A DNA stretch of 61,890 nucleotides from Nitrosotalea sp. (GCA_023251295.1 JAHEYZ010000001.1:1-61890); one strand, 5' to 3'; shown: positions 34,631 through 43,045, counted from the first letter of the stretch. Numbers and translations: made by a program. Notes: generated by a model not told the origin, from the letters alone.

Positions 34631-35120
34631 TTGGTTGAATTGTTTTTTCTTGGTCAGTTATAGCATCAAACATATTACAAAATCTTGGTATGATTCCCAT
34701 TGGGTATGCATCTGGGTTCATTATTATATTTGAAAGTCTTTCAATTGTTTCCTTATGCCCTTTGATTGCCTCTTCCCTTGTCTTATATCGCATCTGAAAA
34801 TCCAATGACTTGCCCAATATTCTATTGTCTGGTTTTTTATCTTGATCAAAAATCATTGTTTCATAATAATGATCAGAGAAATCAAACATATCTACAGTTG
34901 AACAAGCTCCAATCTGCAAATGAATTGTTGATATTACATAATTCTCTTTCTTGGTTTGTATTGCCCATACATCCTTGTGGAATACTGCACCACATTTACA
35001 AATTGTATCCTTCCCATATTTCTCCTTGTTTTTTTCATCAACCCACTTTGTTTTTAGTTTTATGTATTCATCAAATGTATATACTTCTGGACACATTGAA
35101 CATTGAAAATATCTTACCAT
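34608..35120 (-). CDS. Hypothetical protein with N-terminal zinc-binding motif
   Basis: Contains CSMCPE...CKCG; 170 aa. Confidence 0.65.
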   Translation of the reverse strand: MVRYFQCSMCPEVYTFDEYIKLKTKWVDEKNKEKYGKDTICKCGAVFHKDVWAIQTKKENYVISTIHLQIGACSTVDMFDFSDHYYETMIFDQDKKPDNRILGKSLDFQMRYKTREEAIKGHKETIERLSNIIMNPDAYPMGIIPRFCNMFDAITDQEKTIQPSVKERLV

Positions 35121-35124
35121 TATA

Positions 35125-35370
35125 TCACACTCTGATTTGTTTATCCAATAATTCTATCATCTTCATTCCTTTTTCTGTTATTTTTAATATCCTATCTTCA
35201 ATTATAACGAATCCATTTTTCTCTAACCAACTAAGGTGATTTCTAAATTGAAGTGTTGACATGTTTGCTTTGTACCATAAATGAGTTAGCTGTATAGGTT
35301 TTTCTTTTGCTATGCTCAGGATGTCTGAGATAATTGTAATTTGATCCCTTTGTTTTATTCTCTGATCCAT
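35125..35370 (-). CDS. Winged-helix DNA-binding protein
   Basis: Contains ITIISDILSIAKEKPIQLTHLWYKANMSTLQFRNHLSWLEKNGFVIIED. Confidence 0.65.
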   Translation of the reverse strand: MDQRIKQRDQITIISDILSIAKEKPIQLTHLWYKANMSTLQFRNHLSWLEKNGFVIIEDRILKITEKGMKMIELLDKQIRV

Positions 35371-35546
35371 CCCAATACCTCAGCTTTCTTTTTCAAATCA
35401 TATTTTACTTCCTTACTGCACTGCTTCACAACTATCATTGTGATTCTAAACTTGTCTGAAACTCTTGTAAGAATCTCTTGTCTGTTTGTCATTCCTTCAT
35501 CCAGACATTTTAAAATTTCATATTTGATCTCTTTTTTTCCTATCAA
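35355..35546 (-). CDS. Small winged-helix-like protein
   Basis: Contains KYEILKCLDEGMTNRQEILTRVSDKF. Confidence 0.5.
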   Translation of the reverse strand: MIGKKEIKYEILKCLDEGMTNRQEILTRVSDKFRITMIVVKQCSKEVKYDLKKKAEVLGWIRE

Positions 35547-35736
35547 ACCACACTACATCAAATTATTGGTTTACGCGATATAAGGATTTTCTTTTAAAAA
35601 ACTAGACTGTTGTTTTTGTTTGTTGTAAAATTTCTTCCCCCGCTACAGATGGAGTGTGGCAATCCATAGCGAAGGAAGGTTGACCTACAGTATCTATTAT
35701 CCACAGGGATTTAAAAAAGCATGTTTTTGTCAGACT

Positions 35737-35835
35737 TTATACATTACTTGAACATCTAGGACAGAGTACGTTTGATTTGATTGGTTCTCCACAATCTGGG
35801 CATACTTTGGATCTGCTAAGTAGATTCTCAGGCAT
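35737..35835 (-). CDS. 32-aa zinc-ribbon peptide with its own class-A promoter
   Basis: Hand translation MPENLLSRSKVCPDCGEPIKSNVLCPRCSSNV. The ATG is 27 nt from the TATA centre at about 35862. Confidence 0.5.
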   Translation of the reverse strand: MPENLLSRSKVCPDCGEPIKSNVLCPRCSSNV

Positions 35836-35854
35836 GATTCGTATTAGAATCAGA

Positions 35855-35870
35855 CTCTAATAAAAGAAAA
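35855..35870 (-). promoter_or_regulatory. Class-A promoter motif (1 mismatch: CTCTAATAAAAGAAAA)
   Basis: Read directly from the sequence. Confidence 0.6.
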
Positions 35871-36206
35871 GATGGATCGTGTCATTCCAAGTTACAGTCG
35901 CTATACCTCATAGGTTCTGCGCCAGTCTTGGGAACACGATCAATAATTGGCTGTATTTATTCTATTTAACTTTTTTAATAGACACGCCTATGTTTCCAGT
36001 CTGGCTATATAAAAACAGATTTTGAGAAATTCTTATTTTGGTTCTTTAAATAATGATTATGTTTGGGTTCAAACCAGCACTGAGAGTTTTGGGCGTACTG
36101 GTGTAGCTCAAACCCAAACAATTAGTATTAATAATTTGACTTAAAAAAGATTATGTAATATTCAGTATAGATGAATACGTCTAGATCTTATTACATATTG
36201 ATCGGT

Positions 36207-36698
36207 TTACCTTGCTGTTTGGTTTACTTCACTTAATGCTATTTTACAATCTTTACATACCCAACCTTCGAATCTACCTTTTATTCCACATCTAGTACAA
36301 ATTTTATTTGCGAATATTATTCCTGCATCCTTTAATTTTCTATATTCAAGCATTAGTTTTTGGAAGATTTTATCGTGTTTTGGATTTATGTTTAGTTCTG
36401 ATCTGTCATCTTCAATTACTGAGGTATCTGGTTTTCCCCATTCTATCAATGTTTTTTTATTTTTTCCTAAATAATATTGTTGGCAATGACATTTACAACC
36501 ATGTTTTTTGCATACTAAATCATCTTCATATTGGTTATGTTCTCCTTTTTTGCAGTTTGTACATAGATGTCTTTTACCATTTTTAAACATCTGTTCATTT
36601 TCATCTATTGGTTTTGTCGCTATAACATGTGCTACTACTTCTTCATCTCCTTGTAATGGATTTTCACTTGTTATGAAGTCTGTATCTTTCATAATCAT
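36207..36698 (-). CDS. Cys-rich multi-zinc-finger protein
   Basis: Contains HLCTNCKKGEH...CKKHGCKCHC...CTRCGIKGRFEGWVCKDC. Confidence 0.7.
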   Translation of the reverse strand: MIMKDTDFITSENPLQGDEEVVAHVIATKPIDENEQMFKNGKRHLCTNCKKGEHNQYEDDLVCKKHGCKCHCQQYYLGKNKKTLIEWGKPDTSVIEDDRSELNINPKHDKIFQKLMLEYRKLKDAGIIFANKICTRCGIKGRFEGWVCKDCKIALSEVNQTAR

Positions 36699-36972
36699 TA
36701 ATTACATTGAATCTTATTTTAGATTTATGTTGATTTTCTTTTACGTTATTGTCAAATCAAATTTTATTGTTTAGATCGCAAATTTGTTTTTAATTTGAAA
36801 ATTATGGTTTACCTTTTGGTTTACCTTTTTCTTCTCGCTTGTTTTTGTTATTCATACACACACTCACACACACATTATGGACAACTATCTTTTTATAATA
36901 CCTAAAAATTTTGTTTGTGTGTAGGGGTGTAACGTAATGATTTTTGAAAAAAAGTTGAGTGGAAATGCTGGT

Positions 36973-37539
36973 CTATTTTTGATCGCTGAATCGATTCATA
37001 TAACTACTTGTATGATCTGTAAATACAATTTTATTATTATAATTTTGGTCTTTTATTATTTTGAATAATGCTTTAGGATGTTCAGAATCCACTACATGTT
37101 TCATTAAATATCGTAATGTTGTAACTGGACTACAATCGGCTTCTAATGCACCAGTAAATCTTGCTGAATCCCATGTAATTCCTGTTGGTGTAATTGTTAT
37201 TTCGTCTATCATCCATCTCATCCATGATAACTCCATTCTAGTTCCAATTTGATATTGAATATGTGATTCATTAGAACCATCTATTGCTTCCATTCTTTTC
37301 CTTACATAATATTCTAAAACATTACATGCATGATGAACTAATGCCCAATTTGATCCATCTCTTGGATTATTAAATGTGTCACCATCAATATGATGTATGT
37401 CTGCATTTGTTTTTGAATCAGCCAATGGTCTGTGACAAATTGGACAGTTTAACCCATCCTTTCCGATACAGATACATCTTGCATAATCATAATCTGACTG
37501 ATTAAATTTTTTTCTTCTTCTGTCTTCTGAATAGAACAT
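36973..37539 (-). CDS. HNH endonuclease
   Basis: CPICHRPLADSKTNADIHHIDGDTFNNPRDGSNWALVHHACN is a canonical HNH pattern (CxxC, HH..G..N, N, HxxCN). Confidence 0.85.
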   Translation of the reverse strand: MFYSEDRRRKKFNQSDYDYARCICIGKDGLNCPICHRPLADSKTNADIHHIDGDTFNNPRDGSNWALVHHACNVLEYYVRKRMEAIDGSNESHIQYQIGTRMELSWMRWMIDEITITPTGITWDSARFTGALEADCSPVTTLRYLMKHVVDSEHPKALFKIIKDQNYNNKIVFTDHTSSYMNRFSDQK

Positions 37540-37643
37540 TTGTATCCTTGATAGGTTATTGTTAAATTATTATTAGTTTAAAAAAGCTTGGTTTGATGTC
37601 AATTTTTGATCGCTGTTAGCGATCTATTTCATAACTATTTCTT

Positions 37644-37805
37644 TTAGATATTCTCAAATGCCCTGTTGAGCATATCGCGTAATGTATTTGCCTGAATCCT
37701 TGATCTCTTGTTACGACCTTTCACATAGCCAATTCTCTTATTTTTATAATTTCTAATTACGATTCCTTTGTCAGTTTCATCTAGCTTGTATGGTTTCTTT
37801 GGCAT
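37644..37805 (-). CDS. 53-aa basic protein (below cutoff)
   Basis: Hand translation MPKKPYKLDETDKGIVIRNYKNKRIGYVKGRNKRSRIQANTLRDMLNRAFENI. Confidence 0.45.
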   Translation of the reverse strand: MPKKPYKLDETDKGIVIRNYKNKRIGYVKGRNKRSRIQANTLRDMLNRAFENI

Positions 37806-37820
37806 CTGATTATCAGACTC

Positions 37821-38012
37821 CTATACTTTGAACATGTCGTCAGTGGAAAGTCCTTTTCTTCTCTTACCCTTATTGTGTTCTGGGTAGATTCTTTTTCCAC
37901 CAATGGAAACAATGGTGTTTCCTTTCACTTTTTCAAAGTCGCCATGTATGTGTCCATACGCCAGCCATTTCTGGTAGCCTGCCCGTGTTTTGAAATTCAA
38001 TTTATGTGGCAT
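37821..38012 (-). CDS. Small basic protein ending in ...STDDMFKV
   Basis: ORF track. The C-terminal motif is shared with neighbouring genes. Confidence 0.6.
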   Translation of the reverse strand: MPHKLNFKTRAGYQKWLAYGHIHGDFEKVKGNTIVSIGGKRIYPEHNKGKRRKGLSTDDMFKV

Positions 38013-38014
38013 AA

Positions 38015-39097
38015 TTAAAACCTGAAAATATCCTCTGGTGAAAAACCTCTTGACCTTTTTCTTGGTGACTTGCCTGATATAGAAGTTATTTCTTTGAATG
38101 AAAATGGATTCTCTTCCACCTTTATTTTCTTGCTCTGAGGCTGGCTGAATCCATAAAATGCAAACGGATCTGCTACCTTTGCCTCTTGTCTTTTTTGTTT
38201 TCTTTCTTCAAATCCAGTCAATGATTCAAATGTAAATAATCCTTCCAGCCTGCTTGGTTTTTTCTTTGTTGACTTCTTTCCCAATCCTACAAAGCCACCG
38301 AAAATATCCTGTTGTGTTCTTTGTTTTGGTGTAGAGAAATAATCAATCGGTTCTTGTGGTGCTTCAATTGGTGGGAAATACTCTTCTGGTGGTGCGTTGT
38401 ATGGTTCTGGTTCTGTCGGAAATAGATTTGATGGTATTGGTTCTTCTCTTACAGATGGCATTTCTTCTAATGGTGCAGGTAATGGTTCTAAAACATTTTC
38501 ATCACCTGAAAATATACTTTCACATATTCCATTAACCAAGTGTTCGTTTACACCACATGTCATTGGATTTAGGACTTCCTCATTTCCAAATCCAATTGGT
38601 TCTGGTGCTTGAAATAAATCTCCTGCTTCCAATGGTGGCGGTTGGAATGGGTCAACGTTTGGTGCTGGTTCAATTGGAGAAAAGATTGACTCTTCTTCTT
38701 GTTTTTGTCTTTCAATTTCTGCCAGTCTGTCAAGTTCAGCCTGTCTTTCCAATTCAGCTTCTAATTCAATTTGTGCTTGTCTTGCAAGTTCTGCCTTTCT
38801 TGCTTCGTCTGCTAGTCTTGCTTCTTCTTTAAGTCTGGCTTCTTCTGCCAGTCTTGCTTTTTCTTGTTCCTTGGCAATATCAAAATAAGAATATCCATTA
38901 TCGTTATAGAAATTTTGTAACTCTTGTTGTAGTTTTTGTTGGTAAACTGTTACGTTAAATGTTCTTGCTTCAACTAATCTTTGGTAGTTTAGATTGGTTG
39001 GACTTGATTTTAATAATGTTTTTGCTTCTGCTAGTGATGCTTGCTCAGTTGATAGTAACTGTTGCGCCCTCTGTACATCACTTGCGCTAGTACTCAA
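38015..39097 (-). CDS. Coiled-coil, Pro-rich protein ending in ...SPEDIFRF (TTG start)
   Basis: ARLAEEARLKEEARLADEARKAELARQAQIELEAELERQAELDRLAEIERQ is followed by a P/E-rich region and an IFGGF motif. Confidence 0.75.
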   Translation of the reverse strand: MSTSASDVQRAQQLLSTEQASLAEAKTLLKSSPTNLNYQRLVEARTFNVTVYQQKLQQELQNFYNDNGYSYFDIAKEQEKARLAEEARLKEEARLADEARKAELARQAQIELEAELERQAELDRLAEIERQKQEEESIFSPIEPAPNVDPFQPPPLEAGDLFQAPEPIGFGNEEVLNPMTCGVNEHLVNGICESIFSGDENVLEPLPAPLEEMPSVREEPIPSNLFPTEPEPYNAPPEEYFPPIEAPQEPIDYFSTPKQRTQQDIFGGFVGLGKKSTKKKPSRLEGLFTFESLTGFEERKQKRQEAKVADPFAFYGFSQPQSKKIKVEENPFSFKEITSISGKSPRKRSRGFSPEDIFRF

Positions 39098-39222
39098 ATT
39101 GCAACCTCTCCGCTTCCTTCTTTGTCAATTTTATTCTGAAATTTCTTTTACGTTTTCCTTTCGGTGATAGCTGATAATTTATTTCATCAATGAGGATCAA
39201 GCCTAGGAATAAACTCATTTTA

Positions 39223-39414
39223 CTAATTTCCCCCTCTGATTATTTTCTTAAAACCTTTTGTAAAATCATAATTTGACAATGAATCATCGTCATCATCATA
39301 TTTTTTTCTTATAATTTTATGTGCTTTTTCTGCGGGTATTCCTTTTCTCTCTAATCTATGCTCTTCGTTTATTACTTCGTCTGCTGTAACATCATCGTCA
39401 TCGTAATTATTCAT
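39223..39414 (-). CDS. Small acidic protein (poly-Asp runs)
   Basis: Contains NNYDDDDV and KYDDDDDS. Confidence 0.5.
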   Translation of the reverse strand: MNNYDDDDVTADEVINEEHRLERKGIPAEKAHKIIRKKYDDDDDSLSNYDFTKGFKKIIRGGN

Positions 39415-39644
39415 ATCATCTTTCCTGTAATCTTTTCAAAGTCATCATTGTTCTTTGCCTTTTTCTTTGCTTTTTTTATCTCGTCAATCCCCAAGTCACA
39501 TGCGCAATATCCTAACTTATGCATTATGTTACATCTCCATAGTATGGATTGCCTTTCTTCGGTGAGAAACTCTTGTTTCTAACCTTTGTAATATCAGTTG
39601 GAACTTTTACTGATATGTTTTCCTTGTATGTGTATTTGTTTTTC

Positions 39645-40220
39645 TTATGTGTTATCAAATACATCCTTCCCCCTGAATGATCTTCCCCTTGAATAATTCA
39701 ATGCCTCTTCTCCTGTTAGTGGCTGTCCACCAGCATCAAGAACTTGGTATCTTATATCTTCATAATAATTACTGAATCTTTTTGGTATTCTTTTCTTTTG
39801 TACAACTACAATTTCTTCCCGATCACCTGAATACTCATCCATTTTATCTGCTTCCTCATCTGTCAATGGAACTTTTTTTATTGTTACTTTTACGTTTGAG
39901 TCCTTCCTTTTTTCCTCTATGTTATTCATTGCTTTGGTTAGTTTTGGAATCTTTGGAATATTAAACTTGAATGGTGATACTGCATTATCTTCAAGCATGA
40001 ATAATTCGTTCGGTTCATCATAGTTTTGGTTAATTATCATTGGTGATGATGGTCTGTTATGCAATGCATCATCATTCTGGAAATATTCATCTGTGAATCC
40101 AACCCCTGAGTTTCCTAAATCCCCAAAGTCCATGCCAGAAAATTTCATGTCACTATCATTAACTTCAAATCCATCCATCACGCCTTTGGATCTTTTTTTA
40201 TATTTTCCCATATTAGTCAC
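39645..40220 (-). CDS. Hypothetical protein ending in ...RGKDVFDNT
   Basis: ORF track, 191 aa. Confidence 0.7.
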   Translation of the reverse strand: MTNMGKYKKRSKGVMDGFEVNDSDMKFSGMDFGDLGNSGVGFTDEYFQNDDALHNRPSSPMIINQNYDEPNELFMLEDNAVSPFKFNIPKIPKLTKAMNNIEEKRKDSNVKVTIKKVPLTDEEADKMDEYSGDREEIVVVQKKRIPKRFSNYYEDIRYQVLDAGGQPLTGEEALNYSRGRSFRGKDVFDNT

Positions 40221-40457
40221 CTAGAAATTGAATGAGAACATGTCGTCAGTATCATAAGCATCTCTACTTTTTTGTCTTCTTTGTCTTGGCTGATTTTCAT
40301 TGTAAATATTATAATTATTGGTCTTTCTTCTTGATCTTCGTCTTTGTCCTTGATCCAGATTTCTTTGTGCTTGGTTTGCAAATCCTGTGAACAGTGAAAG
40401 TCCTACACCAAGTATTGCTAAATCCACTGCTGTTCCCAATAATCCTGATGAACTCAT
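40221..40457 (-). CDS. Membrane-anchored basic protein ending in ...DTDDMFSFNF
   Basis: N-terminal TM segment LLGTAVDLAILGVGLSLFTGF, followed by an R/Q-rich region. Confidence 0.65.
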   Translation of the reverse strand: MSSSGLLGTAVDLAILGVGLSLFTGFANQAQRNLDQGQRRRSRRKTNNYNIYNENQPRQRRQKSRDAYDTDDMFSFNF

Positions 40458-40789
40458 AGGAATCTGAATCCCCCTTCTCCAAACATTTCTTCGATGTCAT
40501 TGAATGCTTTCTTTCCTTTTTCTTTTGTATATCCACTCGGTTCTTTTCTAACCACTGTGTCAATTCCTGCCAAGTCATGTCGTGTTGGATCATTATAGAA
40601 TTTTGAGAAACTATCTGTAACTCCTTTTGTACTTGCATTATCAACATCTCTTGCCTTCTTTGATCTTAATTCATTATGACCGTACCATCCTGCGTACATC
40701 TTTTCCTTTTCAGTTACACCGCTTCTTCTTCCCATCTTACTGACCTTCCTCTGGTGATGAAGTTTCAAATTCTCCACTACCTGCACCAT
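40454..40789 (-). CDS. Basic protein ending in ...DIEEMFGEGGFRFL (the likelier start is the ATG at 40735, 1 nt after the upstream stop)
   Basis: ORF track. I treat the alternative-frame ORF 40315..40647 as spurious. Confidence 0.6.
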   Translation of the reverse strand: MVQVVENLKLHHQRKVSKMGRRSGVTEKEKMYAGWYGHNELRSKKARDVDNASTKGVTDSFSKFYNDPTRHDLAGIDTVVRKEPSGYTKEKGKKAFNDIEEMFGEGGFRFL

Positions 40790-41510
40790 GACCTAGAGCT
40801 ACCTTTGTACTTGTGAATTTTGTTTTTTGAACTGCATTTCGTTTTGCTCTTTTCTCTTCATATCTGCGTTTCAAATTTTCAAATCTTGTTTCTCTTCTCT
40901 CTTCTCTTCCTTCTTTCTTTGCTTTCTTTGATTCTCGTTTCTCTTCTTTTTCACGTTTCAATCTGTCACGTCTTATTCCTCTTGCTTCTCTCTCTGCACT
41001 TTTTTCTAGCTTACCTCTGCTAACACCGAAACTTTCACCACTTCTAAACACTGCTGGCACTGCTTCTTCCTTTACTTTGAACACTGGTGATACTGCTTCT
41101 CCCCTTCTTGCACCTTTATCATAATCAATTGATCCTGTTCCAGAACCTACGCTTTCAATAAATCCACTGCCAATATTTTTGAATCTGCCATTGAATGCAC
41201 CGCCAAGATCATGTGTTTCAAATCCACGCCTGTGTTGTTTTTTCTCAATGTCATTATTACAGTCAACACATGTTTCGCCAAATTCTGATAGTGGATTTGT
41301 TTCGAACCCGCCAAGATAAATATTATCATCCATATAGTTTGATTTATTTCCACCATAAGATTTTCCCTCATGTTTCAATCCACCAAAAATATTTCCCAAA
41401 GCATTCTGATCTACTGGTAGCATTCCAACATCATTCATTCTTCCTCTTTTTTTATTTCGTCTTGATCCGTTTGCTTCCCTTTGCATTGAACCAATCAAGT
41501 CAAAACTCAT
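40737..41510 (-). CDS. Gly-rich, strongly basic protein (K/R/E-rich C-terminal half)
   Basis: Contains NIFGGLKH, DLGGAFNG and REKEEKRESKKAKKEGREERRETRFENLKRRYEEKRAKR. Confidence 0.75.
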   Translation of the reverse strand: MSFDLIGSMQREANGSRRNKKRGRMNDVGMLPVDQNALGNIFGGLKHEGKSYGGNKSNYMDDNIYLGGFETNPLSEFGETCVDCNNDIEKKQHRRGFETHDLGGAFNGRFKNIGSGFIESVGSGTGSIDYDKGARRGEAVSPVFKVKEEAVPAVFRSGESFGVSRGKLEKSAEREARGIRRDRLKREKEEKRESKKAKKEGREERRETRFENLKRRYEEKRAKRNAVQKTKFTSTKVALGHGAGSGEFETSSPEEGQ

Positions 41511-41634
41511 TTTTTACAACCTCATCTTTCTTTCTATTTTTTACCCTAATCGCTTGGAAGCTCAAAACTGAAACTGCCATCACGCCTGTAGTAATTAGAG
41601 AAAATCCTAATGTATCGATCCCACTCATACACAT
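41500..41634 (-). CDS. 44-aa single-TM peptide, first gene behind the class-A promoter (below cutoff)
   Basis: Hand translation MCMSGIDTLGFSLITTGVMAVSVLSFQAIRVKNRKKDEVVKNEF. The ATG is 27 nt from the TATA centre. The 3' end overlaps the start of 40737..41510. Confidence 0.45.
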   Translation of the reverse strand: MCMSGIDTLGFSLITTGVMAVSVLSFQAIRVKNRKKDEVVKNEF

Positions 41635-41654
41635 GGTTTTCTTGATGTTCCAGA

Positions 41655-41670
41655 GTCTTATAAAAGAAAA
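41655..41670 (-). promoter_or_regulatory. Class-A promoter motif (GTCTTATAAAAGAAAA)
   Basis: Read directly from the sequence. Confidence 0.65.
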
Positions 41671-41676
41671 CTACTG

Positions 41677-42012
41677 CTATTCTTTCAATTTTGCCAATCC
41701 TAGATATAATAGAATTTTGGCAAATAATGAGAGGTTTTTCATATTTTTTGTTCTAGATTTTACCTTTCTGTCAAATAATTTTGATATTGGGTTCTCCATT
41801 CCAAGCACCATCGGGATTATTAATAGTATAATTGCAACTGGCATAATTGCAATTATACTCCACATGTTATCTTTTACACTTTGACATTCCTTGCTTCCCT
41901 GTCCTGTTGGACATTCCAGTGTATCAGAAACTTCACTCATAATTGGAATTGCTATTAACATCAGTACCATGACAGCTACAAAAGCCATTATCAAGCCCAT
42001 TGGAATTGGCAT
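41677..42012 (-). CDS. Two-TM Cys-stapled hairpin-family protein (minimal loop) with amphipathic basic C-terminal extension
   Basis: Reads MPIPMGLIMAFVAVMVLMLIAIPIMSEVSDTLECPTGQGSKECQSVKDNMWSIIAIMPVAIILLI... The ATG at 42012 overlaps the methyltransferase stop (TAATG). The track start at 42033 is GTG. Confidence 0.75.
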   Translation of the reverse strand: MPIPMGLIMAFVAVMVLMLIAIPIMSEVSDTLECPTGQGSKECQSVKDNMWSIIAIMPVAIILLIIPMVLGMENPISKLFDRKVKSRTKNMKNLSLFAKILLYLGLAKLKE

Positions 42013-42566
42013 TACTTTGATTCGTTCCCCCACACATCAAATTTACAACATGACTTTCTTGCAAACAGTTCGACTCTTGATAGATCTCCGCAGAGTTCAA
42101 TTATTTTTTCCCTGAATAAATTTGGCTTTTGTGAGTGGTGTTGTACTGTTGCATATTGCACTTGTCTTATTGATCTGTTAGCTATCTTCGGTTTTCCTTT
42201 GATTCCAAGATAAAGATCTTCGCATCCGTTTCTAGTTGTTCTTCCCATGCCAAAAAAATCCTTTCCGTTCTTTGTTTTTTTAATCCAAGTAAAAGCTTTC
42301 TTTTTGTATTTGAATCCCCATGCATCAAAAATCAATAACCCCTCTTTTAGCAAGCTGTCTGGTATCCATAAAAATAAAAATGCATCTGGCTTTGATATTT
42401 GATCAACTGGGAGTTTTTTAATATCATCCATTGTCATCAGCAAGTATTTGTTTGCTGAACCACTTTTCAAACTCCCACCAGTATTCCTGTCATTAAATGA
42501 ATATGCTGGATCAGCATAAACTATGCTGTATCTTTTTCTTGTTGAATAAATATTTACATTAGTCAT
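42012..42566 (-). CDS. MT-A70-family DNA N6-adenine methyltransferase
   Basis: Contains IVYADPAYSF (a DPPW-type motif IV variant), FLFLWIP, GFKYKKKAFTWIK and HHSQKPNLFREKIIEL (the HSxKP motif). Confidence 0.8.
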   Translation of the reverse strand: MTNVNIYSTRKRYSIVYADPAYSFNDRNTGGSLKSGSANKYLLMTMDDIKKLPVDQISKPDAFLFLWIPDSLLKEGLLIFDAWGFKYKKKAFTWIKKTKNGKDFFGMGRTTRNGCEDLYLGIKGKPKIANRSIRQVQYATVQHHSQKPNLFREKIIELCGDLSRVELFARKSCCKFDVWGNESK

Positions 42567-42768
42567 AGGTCAATTCCCATTCCATCTTCTTCTCCATAAT
42601 TTTTTCATTGGTAACGCCATAACATTTTGGACACAGCCACATGATTTCATTTCCATTATCAATTCTTTTTTCTTCTCGTAATTCAAATAGATAGCTACAT
42701 TCTCCGCAAATTCCATATTCCATCTCATTCAAATTGGTATGTTCTTCTTCCTTCCTTCTGCAACACAA
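42559..42768 (-). CDS. Zinc-ribbon protein
   Basis: Contains CGECSYLF...WLCPKCYG. Confidence 0.55.
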   Translation of the reverse strand: MCCRRKEEEHTNLNEMEYGICGECSYLFELREEKRIDNGNEIMWLCPKCYGVTNEKIMEKKMEWELTYD

Positions 42769-42866
42769 TGTTGTTGCTCATGAAAAGAATGATCTGCCAG
42801 TGGTTTTTTCTTGCATACTGGACAAAGAGGGCCCTTCACTGAACCTACTGGCGGTGCTGTCATCAT
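42729..42866 (-). CDS. Small zinc-finger protein (start moved to the ATG-ATG at 42866, which overlaps the upstream stop)
   Basis: Reads MMTAPPVGSVKGPLCPVCKKKPLADHSFHEQQH... The track ORF extends to 42911. Confidence 0.45.
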   Translation of the reverse strand: MMTAPPVGSVKGPLCPVCKKKPLADHSFHEQQHCVAEGRKKNIPI

Positions 42867-43039
42867 GACTTTGCACCAATAAACCCAAGCCTGAATGCGC
42901 ATGGTGAACAATAATACCGTGTACCTCTTTTTGAGAAAATTAACTGACCATCATTTACTTCATTTTTACATTGTGAGCATATTGTTTGACCATTCATTGG
43001 TTTTTTAATGAATAAGTAACATCTTGATTTACACTCCAT
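42863..43039 (-). CDS. 58-aa zinc-ribbon protein (below cutoff)
   Basis: Hand translation MECKSRCYLFIKKPMNGQTICSQCKNEVNDGQLIFSKRGTRYYCSPCAFRLGFIGAKS. Confidence 0.45.
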   Translation of the reverse strand: MECKSRCYLFIKKPMNGQTICSQCKNEVNDGQLIFSKRGTRYYCSPCAFRLGFIGAKS

Positions 43040-43045
43040 ATTTTA

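Noticed and set aside
36059-36120. tRNA-like element (contains GGGTTCAAACC)
   Set aside because: It is only about 60 nt long and folds as one long stem with an internal hairpin. It has no D arm or anticodon arm and no proper T-stem.
40315-40647. 110-aa alternative-frame ORF; likewise 27746..27952, 16787..16981, 41147..41371, 46045..46227, 46234..46422, 51237..51443, 22296..22583 and 22987..23187
   Set aside because: Each is nested in or heavily overlaps a better-supported gene in another frame or on the other strand. None is needed to explain the gene packing.
41195-41884. 229-aa plus-strand ORF, and other long plus-strand ORFs (for example 44730..45038, 46005..46607, 48591..48932, 34766..35239, 20583..20921)
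   Set aside because: All lie antisense to well-supported minus-strand genes and have low-complexity or hydrophobic mirror-frame composition. None has a promoter motif or a plus-strand neighbour. I treat them as shadow ORFs.
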